A DNA stretch of 64,000 nucleotides from Lama guanicoe (GCA_013239625.1 MU053379.1:5022714-5086713); one strand, 5' to 3'. Counted from the first letter of the stretch, positions 1-12,586 are shown. Notes: generated by a model not told the origin, from the sequence alone. Numbers and translations are program-made.

Positions 1-1817
1 AGTTCCCCGCTCCCTGAATGGGGATGATAACGTCAAGGCCAAGGCTGCAGTGGGATGAGAGGCCAGCCTGGTCACTGCTGTGGTCTCATGAGGACCGCTT
101 CCCCATCGCTGGGGCCGCTGAGGTGGAAAGCCTGCCGCTGCTGATGCCCCTTGGAGGAGGAATCTGCATGATCCAGAGAATTTTCTTTCAGCAACAGTTG
201 TTAGAGGCAGGAGGCCTTGCTTCGATTAAGAGAGGATTCCAGACTCTCAGGCTTGGGTGGTTCCAGAGAGAAAAAATCTAGAACATTCCTCAAGTTCCCC
301 CAGGAGCCCCAATATCTTGATCCCACGATTCCTGGAATCTCCTTAATTGAATTGCCTGACGAATCCCGCCCCGGGGTCTCTATGCCAGTCCCCGCACCCA
401 CTCCAAGCAGGGGACACCCCGGACTGCCACCCTCAATGGTACGCGTCCAGACAGACGGCCACCCCCTTTGTGTGAAGGGAGACTGGTAACGGGCAGTCGG
501 AGTGTCCTCTGAGAAGACAAAAGACCCGCTGGAGTGTGCAACCATTCGGGGCAGCCGCCACTCCCTCCCCAGGCGGCTGGGGCCTGCGCTGTCCGAGACC
601 AGCTGCCACGTCCTGGGAGAAGAATGGAGCCGGCGTGTGGGCGGGACAAAAGCCACCGGCTGACCTGGCCAGCCTGCCTCGCAGGGCATCCTCGGCATCT
701 GGGTCCCCAGGGCTGCCTCTGTTTAACTATCACAACTTCAGTCTTGGGGAGACAACAATGTTTGCAGAACTCAAATGGGCCGTGAGACTAAATTAATTCC
801 CAAGGTGGCCAGAACCAAGATGCTAATTGGCTTGGCTAATGGCCCTTCCCCCACCAAACAGATTGCCTCATTCTTCAGGCGACTAATTATTAGCTGAAGC
901 CATGAATAGAAAGAGATGGAAAGGACCTGTCACCTCCCGCTTAGTAAATGTTAAAGCTTTGTTCTTCGCAGGCACAGTAAAGGACCAGGGCCTGTGGTGG
1001 CGGGGGGCCAGGGATGAGGAGCTAGTCAGGGATCCCATGGGTACAGACTGGGTGGTGCTGGGGGCCGAAAGCCATGTCATCTCAGGCCCTGACAAATTCA
1101 GGCTTTGGACAGACTGACCAAGCTCGTATAGGAGTCTGGGTTTTTACAAAGCAGGAGTGTAACGCTGACGTACACTGTCAGATTTTAAAAGTTAAAAGGT
1201 GCTTCCTACTACTTTTAACTGGTGTCCCATTATGAGGCCACATATTTACACCATAAATTAATATTTTCCACAAATTCAGAAGGGCATGACTTCACTGCAC
1301 TGTATTTCAGTGTATTGAAGGCATCACTGGTTAAGTGCAAATAACTGACATCTACTGCAACTTTTCAGTCACCCATCTTCGCCCCACATCTTATGCAAAA
1401 TTCCAAAGACACAGGAAGCTCACCGTGAACCCCACTGAGCCCTCACACATTCTCCAGGTCTTACACCTGTGCTGTGTCTGCCTCACCACAGATCGCTCCC
1501 TCTGTCCTCGTCAGGCCCTCGAGCTTGGCACCCAAGTTGCTGACATCGTGTCCTTCCACCAAACACACCAGCACGTGTGTCATTAACCAGAGGTGAGCAG
1601 GGGCGGGGGGCATTTTCAGGTAAACCACATACAAGGTCACACGACTCCAGAGTGCCCAGTTCCAGAGCCTGGACAAAAGTGTGCAGCCCCCGGGGCCAAC
1701 CTTCCCACGATGCTCAACATTTCAGCTCCTTAAAAGCTCTCTGGCCCCTTCTAGTCAACTCAGTCCCACCCCATAGGCAACAACTATTGATTTTTTTCCA
1801 CTGTAGTCACAACCTAC

Positions 1818-1960
1818 TTTTTTTGTTTTGTTTTGTTGAGGGGGTGGTAATTAGGCTTAATACTTTTACTTATTTATTTGTTAATGGTGGTGCTGAGGAC
1901 TGAACCCAGGACCTCGTGCATGCTAGGCACATGCTCCTCCACTGAGCTGTGCCCTCCCCC
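1818..1960 (-). mobile_element. Camelid tRNA-derived SINE (Vic-1-like), full length
   Basis: Reverse complement reads GGGGAGGGCACAGCTCAGTGGAGGAGCATGTGCCTAGCATGCACGAGGTCCTGGGTTCAGTCCTCAGCACC (A and B boxes) plus an A-rich tail. Target-site duplication cacaacctac (1808-1817) / cacagcctac (1961-1970). Confidence 0.85.
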
Positions 1961-2149
1961 CACAGCCTACTTTTGCTATTTGCATTTTAATATTCCTGGA
2001 ACCTTGATAAATAAAAGTGGTCCAGGACTCTCTCAACTTCTGAGGGGTACAGAGAACAACCTTACTATTCTTAAAAAAAATTGCCAAACCATAAATGTGC
2101 TTTCTTGACCGTCTCCCTGAGTTTCTGTTCGCTGCTGACACTTGGACAC

Positions 2150-4700
2150 TGAGGTCTCCAGCTGTTACTGTTCAGTTGTTTCTTCATTCAGTTACTTCAG
2201 CTTTTTCTTCGTGTATTTGGAGTTCAGTAGCTCGTTTTGCTTCACTTGTTTTTACCTGTTTTTAGGTGTATATATATGCTTATAATTGTCAGGTCTTCCT
2301 GACGAATTGACCCTATCATCATTCTAAAATATACATGTTTGTTTTTAGTAAAATTGTCTGAAAGTCCATTTTGTGTGATCTTAGTGTAGCCACTTCAGCT
2401 GTCTTTTGGTTACTGTTTGTTTGATATAATAGTCGCACTCTTTCACTTCCAACTATTTGCATTTTTGAAGTTAACATGTGTCTCTTGTAGACAGTAATCT
2501 GTTGGGTTTTTTTTTTAATCTAGTCTCTCAATCTTTGCCTTTTTATTGGAATATTTAGTCCATTTACATGATAAGTAATTACTGATAAGGTAGGGTTCAT
2601 GCCTTCCACGTTGTTATGTGTTTTCTACATATTTAATGGCTTTTTTGTTCTTCTATTACCCCATAACTATCTTTGCTGTGTTAAATATTTTCTAATACAT
2701 CATTTTAATTCATTCCTTTGCTGTTTATTTTACTATGTTTTGGGATGATATTTTGGTGTTGTCCTGGGGATTACAATACATATTACTTGATAGTAATCCA
2801 GTTCTGACTAATGCTAGTTCATTTCAATAGTGTTCAGAACCTCTGCTCCAGTCTAGCTCTGCCCCTTCTCCCCCTTGTGTCCTCCTACCGTCATACAAAT
2901 CACCTCTTTACACATTGTAAGTTCAACACTGTCTTATACTTATTGCTTTATGTATCTGGAGGGGATTCTTATTCAAAAAGACACTTGCACCCCAATGTTC
3001 ACAGCAGCACTATTTACCATACCCAAGACATGGAAGCAACCCAAATGTCCATCAACAGATGACTGGATAAAGAAGCTGTGGTATATGTATATAATGGAAT
3101 ACTACTCAGCCATAAAAAACAATAAAATGCCATTTGCAGCAACATGGTTGGCCCTGGAGAATGTCGTTCTAAGTGAAGTAAGCCAGAAAGAATGCCATAT
3201 GATATCACTCAGATGTGGAATCTAAAAAAAGAAGAAGAAAAGACACAAATGAACTTATTTACAAAACAGAAACAGACTCACAGACAGAAAACAGACTTGT
3301 GGTTACCCAGGGGGGAATGGGGTGGGAAGGGATGAATTGCAGATACTAACTACTGTATATAAAATAGGTAAACAAAACGCTTCTTCCGTGGAGCACAGGG
3401 AACTATATTCAATATCTTGTAGTGACCTACAATGAAGAAGAATATGAAAGGAATATATGTATGTTCATGTATGACTGAAACATGATGCTTGCACCAGAAA
3501 TTGACACAATATTGTAAACTGACTATACTTCAATAAAAATATACATATAATTATTGCTTTATATGGCTGTCTTTTAAATCACATGTGAAAGGAAAAGACT
3601 TAAAAACAAAAACACAGGATACGCTCTTTTGTATTTAACTATATAGTTACCTTTTTGGTGTCCTTTGCTTTTTCACGTGAATTCAAGTTACTGTCTTTTG
3701 CCCTTGCATTTCGGCCCAAAGGACTCCTTTTTGCATTTCCTGTAGGGCAAGTCTACTAATGACTAACTCCCTCAGGTTTCATTCCTCTAGGAATGTCTTC
3801 ATTCCTCCTCCATTTTTGAAGGGCATTTTTGTTGAATACAGAATTATGGGGTTTTCTCCTCATGCTTTGTATCATCCAACTGCCTTCTGGTCCTTGTGCT
3901 TTCTGATGAGAAATCAGCTGTCAATCTTACAAGAATCCGTTATAGGTAATAAAATGTAGGTCACTTCTCTCTCCTTTCAAGATTCTCTCTTTGTTTTGGG
4001 ATTTCAACAGTTTGTTTATGGTGTGTTTTTTGTGTGGATCTCTTTGAGCTGGTCCTACGTGGAGTCTGTTGAGCTTCTGAAATGTGCAGATTTGTGTTCT
4101 GCATCAAATTTGACAAGTTTTAAACTACTTCAAATATTCTTTGTGCCCCTTTCTCTCCTTTCTTACTGGGACTTCCATTATGTGTATTTTTGTATGCCTG
4201 ATGGTGTCCCACATGTCTTTTATACTCTGTTTTTATTATTTTTTCTTTCTGTCCCTCAAACCAGGTAATCTCAATTGACCTATTTTCAAAATTGCTGATT
4301 CTTGATTCCACACTTCAAATCTGCTACTGATATTTCATTTCAGTCATTGTCCTTTACCCATCCTAGAATTTCTATTTGGTTCTTTTTAAATAATTTCTCT
4401 TTATTGACATTTTCTACTTGGTGAGATGTTGTTCTCACATCCTACTTCAGTTCTTCAGACATTTTTATTTAGTTCTTTGAACATATTTACAAAAGCTGTG
4501 TTAAAGTATTTGTCTAGTAAGTCCAACATCTTGATTTCCTCAGGGATAATTTCTACTGACTGCTTTTTTCCTGTGAATGAGTCACATTTTACTGTTTCTT
4601 TGCATGTATCACATCTTTGTTGTTGAAAACTGGACGTTTTGGGCAATATATCGTAGCAGCTCTGGACATTTATTACCAGGGCTTGCTGGTGCCTGTTTCT
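2150..4700 (-). mobile_element. Old LINE-1 5' portion (ORF1 to start of ORF2), decayed and interrupted by a younger L1
   Basis: Minus-strand ORF remnants resemble L1 ORF1p (4455..4646 EEIKMLDLLDKYF..NMFKEL; 4120..4311 ESRISNFENRSIEI). The + strand is T-rich. Boundaries approximate. Confidence 0.7.
2954..3550 (+). mobile_element. 5'-truncated LINE-1 (ORF2 C-terminus and 3' UTR)
   Basis: Translates CTPMFTAALFTIPKTWKQPKCPSTDDWIKKLWYMYIMEYYSAIK (ORF2p C-terminus) and ends in AATAAA. Target-site duplication ttattgcttta at 2940-2950 and 3551-3561. Confidence 0.9.
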
Positions 4701-5983
4701 TTGCTTAGGGGCTTGTCCAGACCTTTCTGTTGATGTCTACTTCTCCTAACACGGGCAATTTCTCTGTCACTACTCAGACTGCACAGGGCATTTGCAGTCA
4801 CCCTGACCCTTCCCCCTTCCAGGGATGACAGTCGCCTTAGCTGAGCTCTCTTTGGCTGTCTCTTTCCCTGAGGAAATGACTGCCTCCTCTTACATTTCTA
4901 GCTCATCTGCCTCTACTGGCATCATACCCAGAGTTAACCCCCACTAATGGCTAGCTGATTGTTTGACACTATCCTGTAGCATAAATTGCATAAAAGGAAG
5001 GAAGGTAAAGGAGATAGTTTGTGTTCTGTTCTGTTCTGTTTTGTTTTGCCATAAAAGATGCTCTTGGTGCAATCTGTGAAACGTGGTACACGGGGATTCC
5101 ACGACAGGCCCATCAGCGTCAAGTTTCTATTTTGATGTGTGAACTGTGGCTACATGGGAAAGTATCTTAGTAAGAGCCTCGGTAAGAGACTAATAGCTGT
5201 TAAACTAAGCAATTAGAGTCTGCTCCGCAGTCTGTTATGAACAGTTGCTTAACTGTTTAGCAGACAAATGTTTCTCCTTGAGGGCACGGGTATCTGTGAC
5301 TCTCATGAGGTCTAATGCACAGGCACACGAATTTATCAGCCGACACTGAACTTGATCTGGATTTTCCAGCCTCTGTCAAGCATACGAACACAGAGACAAG
5401 TCTGTGTCCAGGCCCTCGGGTGTGTCTGTTCTGGTGGGAAAAGCTGGAGGACACCTTCAAGGGACAAGCAAGAGGGTGGGGGCTGAAGAACGACAGGAAT
5501 TCAGAGGAGGGGAAGGAGTCAGTGTGGAATGAAGAGAGAAATCATAGGTAGAAGTAGCAAGATCCAGAGGACCTTGGCCAAATTCCTTTTCATGTCTTTT
5601 TTTATGAGACGAGTTTGGGCTTGCCAGTAAAGGTGCGAAGACAAGAGGTGGTGTGTGTGCGGGGCAGCCAGTGAGTCGTCATTTCTAACAGCGAAAGGCT
5701 GGAGGAATGGGGCTAAATATGCCACATCTGTGCATCGGCTGGCCAGGCCGCCACCAGGGAGCTGCCCTTCTCTCTGGGAGTCACAGCTGTGGTTACAGGA
5801 GGGCGTGCGTCTGGGAGGGGCAAGAGGGGTCTGCGGGGCGTGCTCCCCACCACCAGGAGCTGCTGGTGCTGCTGGTGGGAAGGTCTGCAAATCATCGAGC
5901 CCCCCCACTTAAGGTTTGTGTAGTTTGCCAGGTTCAGTAAGCTGCAGCTCACTTTTTTTTAAGCTGGAAAAAAAGTTTTTCCA

Positions 5984-6085
5984 GTGCTGGCTTCGGCAGC
6001 ACATGTGCTGGAACTGGAACGATACAGAGATTAGCGTGGCCGCTGCGCAGGGATGACACGCACATTCGTAAAGAGTTCCAATTTT
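5984..6085 (+). pseudogene. U6 snRNA retrocopy (pseudogene)
   Basis: GTGCTGGCTTCGGCAGCACAT...GATACAGAGA-TTAGCGTGGCC...GGATGACACGC...GTTCCAATTTT aligns end to end with U6, with 12 substitutions, a 3-nt deletion after ACAGAGA and a 1-nt deletion. No upstream TATA/PSE recognised. Confidence 0.92.
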
Positions 6086-8062
6086 AAAAATTGTGTATAT
6101 TAATAAGTAATTACCTCCAGGATATATCGTTAAATGGAAAATGCGTCTATAACAAGGTATGCAGAAGGCAACCTGGTATCTACCCAGGCCCGGAGCTTCA
6201 CCAGGAGGCCGGAGGGGAAGAGCGGGTGGGGGGCGTCTCCAGGGGCGGAGGGAACCGCGCGGCAGGCACGTGGGGACCAAGGGGCCATCCGTCTTCAGAG
6301 CTTAGGGCGGGGCACGGTGTGGGGCACGGAGCGTGTGCAGGCGCATCTGCGGTGCCCGCCACCCTGCAGCTGCCCTTGTCGTGCGGGCTGAAGCCAGCGG
6401 GGCGGGTGCAGACAGCCCGCATCAGGAGCGGCCTTCCAGGCGTGTGTTTCTCGGTAGACTGAATCCGACAACCCACCGAGCCCCGTGTCAGGTCCTACGG
6501 CTCAGTTTGTCACAGATTTTAAACTCAGCCAAGTCCTCTTTCATTCGTTAAAGCCGGGCGGGCGTCTGGCTGCGCACGCGCCCCGCGCTCACGACCGCGG
6601 GAGCCGGGGCGGCGGCGCCCGGGAAACCACGGGAGATCACCGGGTTTTTGGAGGGACGAGCCCCAGCCCGGTCTATGCTGCCACCTGGTGTCCGCCCGGC
6701 AAACGACCCCAAACCCTCAAATGTGAGCTCAGAACTGAGGGCGGAAGGTCGAGCATGAACCACTGTATTATGACTGAAAAGTACGTTAGACACACAGACG
6801 CACACAGGCTCCGTGTGAACGAAGCTCCCCCGCAGAGCAGAAGCAAGCTGTCAGCAGCGGTGGCTTCCAGAAAGGGGGACCGGGTGGCTGGGAACACGGT
6901 CACCGTGTGTTATTTTGCACCTTTTCAGTTTTGAGCCACAGCAATGTATTGCTAATTGAAAAATGAAGTAGAGCTTAAAAATAAAAACATCTGCTTATTA
7001 AATTTGATTGGCACGTTGACAAGGGGCCACCTTTTCTTCAGCCATTGATTCACGTACTTAAATACTTAGTGTTTACTCTTGTCTGCAGGAACAACGGGGA
7101 AGAAAACAGACACATCCCTGCCCTCCTGAAGCTCAGACTCTCCTGAGAGGAGGGCCTTGGAGCACATGTTGAGGGCCGCAGAGCTCCGGGAAGCTGGGTG
7201 CTCGGTTGCCTGGCCCGGGGAGCAGGGCCCCAGCCTTGGGCCAGCGAGGTGGGGAGCATCACCCTCCCCTGGCTTCAGACCTGTGAGGGGTCCTGTTGTT
7301 TCAGTGCTTTTTATGACACTTCACGAGTGTGACCTAATGGGTATTGCATTGTATTCACCCAGGAGCCGGAATGCACACATTCTTCTCAAATACACACGGT
7401 GAATTTACAAAAAGTAGTCACAAGTGGGGCTACAAAGCAAGCCTGAACAAATTCAAAGAATGGGTGTTACAAGGATTATATCCCTGACCACAGTGCAACA
7501 AATGGCCAATTTAAGAAATTAATTTAAATGTGTAAAACATTCCTAACTCATGGGACAGAGAAACATCCTAATGGAAGTCAGAAAATGCTTCAGACTGACA
7601 ACTGTGAAAAGAACACAGCACACTCGTGGGAGAAGGCTAAAACGGTGTTAAGGGGAAAGTGACAGCTTTAAATTCATGTATAAGATGGCTGAAAATTAAT
7701 GAGACAATTAATTAGAGGGAAAACAGAATACACTCAAAGAAAGTAGAAAGAAAGAATAAAGAGGAGAGACATTTAGAAATATCAAAGATACAACAGATGT
7801 TCAACAAAGACAAAAGTTAGTTCTTACTGGGGAAGCAACTAAACTTTTAAATTTCTAGAAATGTTGATCAAGAGAAAAAAGGGAGGGCACAAAGAAATTG
7901 CACTATGAAAGGAGGCTGTAACTACAAGTGCTGAGAAGATCTGAGTGATGTCATACCAATAAAGTTGAAAACTTAAGTGAAAGGGAGAAATTTCACTAGA
8001 AATATACCAAAATTGCCTGAAAAAAGAAACAGAAAACTTGAATAATTGCAAACGGAGTCATC

Positions 8063-8188
8063 TTTTTTGTTGTTGCTGGGTTTTGGGGGTTTTTTTTGTT
8101 TTTTTTCTTCGATGGAGACGCTGGGGATTGAACCCAGGAAACTCATACATGCTAAGCATGAGCTCTGATCGCCACCCCCCCCCCCCCC
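8063..8188 (-). mobile_element. Vic-1-like SINE, degenerate
   Basis: + strand ggggattgaacccagg..catgctaagcatg is the reverse complement of the SINE B-box region; T-rich tail upstream. Confidence 0.7.
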
Positions 8189-8675
8189 GGCTCCCCGGCT
8201 CCCCAGCCCCAGGAAATGGAATCATCTAAAATGTTTCGCATAGAAAACAGGCATAATCCCCCGGAAATGCAAGAAACAGAACACTTGAGTACTACACAAA
8301 CACTCCTAAAGATTTCAAACACTGTCTGCAACTCCTTTTGCAAGGCTGACATAAGCAAATCCAAACAAGCATATGTAAGAAAGAAAATTAGAAGTTAATC
8401 TATTTTGTGAACATAGAAGCAAAGAGCCTAAACACAATTTAGAAAATCAAATCCAGCAACATACAAAAAACTTTCTGTTGTAAATCAGAAATGGTTCAAC
8501 CTAAGAATTTAATTTACCAAAAAGAAAAAAAGAATTAATTTTGCCACATTTACAAGTTAATGGAGAGAAGTCATGTAATCATCTCAATCGATGAATAAAA
8601 CACATGAAATAAAATTCAATGTCCATTAATGGTTTTTTAAAATCTCTTAAACTACAAAGAGAAGAAAATTTTCTT

Positions 8676-9413
8676 TTATTTATTTTTTAACATTTTTTTA
8701 TTGAGTTATAGTCATTTTACAATGTTGTGTCAAATTCCAGTGCAGAGCACAATTTTCCAGTTATACATGAACATACATATGTTCATTGTCACATTTTTTT
8801 CTCTGTGAGCCACCACAAGATCTTGTATATATTTCCCTGTTCTACACCATGTAATCTTGTTTATCTATTCTGCATATGCCTGTCAGTACCTACAAATTTT
8901 GAAGTCCCATTCTGTCCCTTCCCACCCCCCGCCCCCTTGGCAACCACAAGTTTGTACTCTGTGTCTATGAATCTGTTTGTGTTTTGTATTTATGTTCATT
9001 TTTTTTTAGATTCTGCATATGAGTGATTTCATATGGTATTTTTCTTTCTCTTTCTGGCTTACTTCACTTAGAATGACATTCTCCAGGAACATCCATGTTG
9101 CCGCAAATGGTGTTACGTTGTCGGTTTTTATGGCTGAATAGTATTCCATCGTATAAATATACCACAACTTCTTTATCCAGTCAGCTGTTGATGGCAACTG
9201 TTTCCATGTCTTGGCTATGGTAAATAGTGCTGCTATGAACACTGGGGTGCAGGCGTCCTTTTGAAGTAGGATTCCTTCTGGATACATGCCCAGGAGTTGG
9301 ATTGCTGGGTCATATGGTAAGTCCATTCCTAGTCTTTTGAGGAATCTCCATACTGTTTTCCACAGTGGCTGCACCAAACTGCATTCCCACCAGCAGTGTA
9401 GGAGGGCTCCCTT
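8676..9413 (-). mobile_element. 5'-truncated LINE-1 (ORF2 C-terminus and 3' UTR)
   Basis: ORF 9006..9377(-) [43 protein letters not shown]. 17-bp target-site duplication gagaagaaaattttctt (8659-8675) / gagaagaaagttttctt (9414-9430). Confidence 0.92.
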
Positions 9414-9909
9414 GAGAAGAAAGTTTTCTTAATCTGATAAAGGGTAAAATACATTTAATGGGAAAAGGCTGAGGGTGTCCACGGAGGTGAGGACAGCAAG
9501 TAACAGCTACTCAAAAAACCAGCGCAAGCCCCCTTCCCCTGGCCGCTAACGCTCTCCCAGACAGTGCTCTCCTGCACTTCTTGTCATCCCGGCTGGATTG
9601 TCATTAAGGTGCAGTGGCCTTAGCTGGGCATCCGGCAGGAAGCCAATGTGGCAGGCAGAGCAATGAAAGCCAACCTTGCTCAGCAAGGTCAAGCTTTCCC
9701 TCACATCTTCCATGCAGGCACCAGATTTTGGAAAATGGAAGGCTAGTCATAAGTGCGGCAGCTCTGACTTTTCCGGGAAGTTAAGAGATAAATTTGGATG
9801 AGAAGGCAATGGTTTGTGGTGATAGACTGAAGGACTGGAGGAGGAAATGAGGGAGGTGACTAAGATACTTTATTTAGTATTATTAGCTCAATGACCTGTG
9901 AGCCAGGGG

Positions 9910-10060
9910 TGTCTTAGGTCAAGTTCCCCCAAAAACCAATCCTGAGAAAGCATGGAGGCCGGCAGTGTCTGGAGGTGACCTCAGGAAACATCAGCGGGGG
10001 CGGGGGAGTGGGACAGAGCAGGGAAAGTCATGACGGCGACCACCTTGGGCAACCGTAGAG
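9910..10060 (-). mobile_element. ERVL LTR fragment (LTR16-like)
   Basis: tgtcttaggtcaagttccccc..tcctgaga..ggaggtgacctcaggaaacatcag..ggggagtgggacagagcagggaaag resembles an LTR16 end as recalled. A second similar fragment at about 10641-10960 is split by MER8. Confidence 0.45.
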
Positions 10061-10695
10061 CATGCCCGAGACTTGTCCCACTTGGAGGACAAGGGAGAGA
10101 GTGGCAAGGAGTCAGGGTGTTCATACCTGTCACTCTCCCCGAAGCGGCATCACCTCCCAGCCCCGCCGGCTGCTGGCCAAAGGAGCACCGTCCTGGGGAG
10201 AAGCCCGTGTGCAACAAGACAGACGTGGATGAAGCAGGTGCCATGCCCCTGCCCCAGGGAACCAGGAAATCCACTTCCATGGCTTCATGCAATGGGCAGG
10301 TGCCGCTGTCCTTCTGGACTGGAGGACCTGCACAAAAGAGCAGGCCTTCTCCACTCTGTCCTTAGTCACGTGGGGGCAACTGAGGCAACCTAGTAACTCA
10401 TCTTCCTCGTCTAAAACTCTCACCCTCAAAGCAGGGCCGTCAGGCCTCCCTGCTCTGCATGCATTTCCTGCACCGCCCGCATCTCAGCTGTCCCTCCTGG
10501 CTCCTGTATTTGCACGGTGGGTGCCAACTGGCTTCCGTCAACCTCCACCTGCAGGCCTAGGCTGCTGCTTCTGGCTGACTCGTGAGAACTGCGAAGCCAG
10601 AAATCATCCACCCATTACTTCTGCAAACAGACACTGGTGTTGTCTAGTTGGGGTGTCAGCAAAGGCAGTCTGACACCAGAGTTTTGCTGCAAGTA

Positions 10696-10877
10696 CAGTT
10701 GACGCTTGAACAACGTGAAGGGTAGGCGAAAATCCACAGTTTTACAGTTGACCCTCATATCTGCCGATTCAGCCATCTAAGGAGTGTGTAGTACTCTGGT
10801 ATGTATTTATTGGGAAAAAAAATCGGCATATAAGTGAACCCACGCAGTTCAAACCAGTGTTGTTCAAAGGTCAGCTT
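10696..10877. mobile_element. MER8-like non-autonomous Tigger2 DNA transposon
   Basis: Terminal inverted repeats cagttgacgcttgaacaac ... gttgttcaaaggtcagctt flanked by TA dinucleotides. Confidence 0.8.
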
Positions 10878-11404
10878 TAGTTTATTTGGGAAGGAGGCCA
10901 ATGAGGAAGAGAAAGCCAACCCAAGGAGCCAGGCATGACTGAGCTGGTTACCTCTGTGGGCAGGTGAGGTCCAGTCCCACTCCTATGCTACCAGGGAGGG
11001 CTGACACATTCGTCCCCAACTGGTTACGGATTAACCTCCCTGAACTTCTAGGCAGTATGCTCAGGGTTTCCCGAGACTTCATGGGAACTCTCCATCACCA
11101 CTGGAGAGCTGGAGTCAGCGTGGGCTGAGAGGATGTGGACACAACAGTGTTTGCCCCAAGCACCATGTGCCAGACTGTGCGGGGCGTGCCAGCACCATCA
11201 GGACAAACTGCTTCCTTGCTTTCACCAAGCCTGCCTCTCTGTGGTGGAATAAAGAATATACTAATATGCAAACCAACCAATAAAAAACAATGGGTGTGAT
11301 AAATGCTATCCAGCAAATAGCAGAAGGGGGGGGCAGAAGTACGATAGTTAAAATTCTGTGAAGAGGTGGCATTTGAGCGGAGTCTTAAAGGATGAAAAGA
11401 ATCT

Positions 11405-11735
11405 ATGCCTCAGGCCCATCAGGCTGCTATAACAAAAATATCATAAATTGAGTGGCTTTTAAATAACAAACATTTATTTCTCATAGTTCTGGAGACTCGG
11501 AAGTCCAAGATCAAGACGCCAGCAAATTCACTGTCTGGTGAGGGCTGGCTTCCTCAGAGCACTGACTTTTCACTGCACCCTCACGTGGCAGAAGGGCTGA
11601 GGGACCTCTCTGGGGCCTCTTTTATGAGGACACTAACGCCATTCATCTCCCAGAGGCCCCATCTCCTAACATCATCACCTTGAGGGTTTGGATTTGAACA
11701 TAGAACTTAGGGAGACGCAAGTACTCAGATCACAG
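11405..11735 (-). mobile_element. MaLR solo LTR (MLT1-like)
   Basis: ggctgctataacaaaaatatcataa..aacaaacatttatttctcatagttctggag..aagtccaagatcaag is the typical MLT1/MST pattern. Confidence 0.8.
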
Positions 11736-12548
11736 CCTTTTACTAAGGAAAGGCCTGGGGGAAGAGCCTTGCAAGCAGCAAACAGCAAATGCAAAGCCCG
11801 TGTCAGTAAAACTGACGAATTCTAGGAATTCTAAGTGAAATAAGGTGAAAGCGATGTCGCGAGCGAGGCAGACAGAGGCAGGGCCATCACTTTCCATGTA
11901 CAGATTTCAAAATATTAGAACAAATGTAAACTGAAACTGTTACGGCTGTATGTGAGAAAGAATTCTGTCCAATTGGATTGCAAAGATCCAAAGGTTTGCA
12001 AAGACTCGGCCGGTGAAAAGGAGCGGAAATCCGCGCTCCTGTACGTTACTGCAGGCGTGTTGGTTAGTACGATGTGTAAGGAGCAGTTTGGCCATATGCA
12101 TCCGATATTTGAAAGAGAGAAAGAGAAAGGACATGTCCTTTCCCATAGGAGTTTCTCTTCCCAGCGTCTTCCCCATGGACCTACCTACACCGTGTGCCCA
12201 AGTACCTGTGTCCTCGGGGTTCGGTAGCAAACGTGGCATGAGGTACTCTGCGGGCTAATGCTGCCTCAAAACCAGAACCCCGGGTTTGACTCGTGTCGGG
12301 CATTGCAGATACTAAGTATTATCCTCCGAACTGAGAAGGAACCTTGAGCCTGAAAACCGATGCGGGCAACTTTATACGCAATTACGAAGTTTACCATGGT
12401 AACTTACGCAGGCAGGACGGGGGATGGACGGTCCAGAGGCGAGCGCAGCTGCACGCTTTGCTGCCAAAGGGTACAGGGTAACTTAAAGCAGCCAAAGGTG
12501 AAAAATAAGACCTGACTGCTAGGGAGACGAGGTTTTTCCTCCCCCAGG

Positions 12549-12550
<2 letters not shown>

Positions 12551-12584
<34 letters not shown>
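12551..12584. repeat. (GT)17 microsatellite
   Basis: Perfect dinucleotide run about 1 kb upstream of ENTPD6 exon 1. Confidence 0.97.

Positions 12585-12586
<2 letters not shown>

Larger units (their letters stand above)
7300..9470 (+). mobile_element. Old LINE-1 ORF2 fragment (endonuclease to RT region), host to a SINE and a younger L1
   Basis: A-rich + strand with L1 ORF2-like motifs (cacattcttctcaa, gaccacagtgcaa, aaatcaaatccagcaac, atcatctcaatcgatg). No intact ORF; boundaries approximate. Confidence 0.65.

Noticed and set aside
1880..1960. tRNA gene
   Set aside because: The tRNA-like head continues into a SINE body, A-rich tail and TSD, so it is a SINE.
2875..3225. ORFs with reverse-transcriptase-element similarity (also 9006-9377, 39244-39531, 56979-57591)
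   Set aside because: Short C-terminal remnants of 5'-truncated L1 ORF2; not functional genes.
5984..6085. Functional U6 snRNA gene
   Set aside because: 3-nt deletion next to the ACAGAGA box, changes in the stem regions, and no recognisable upstream Pol III promoter.
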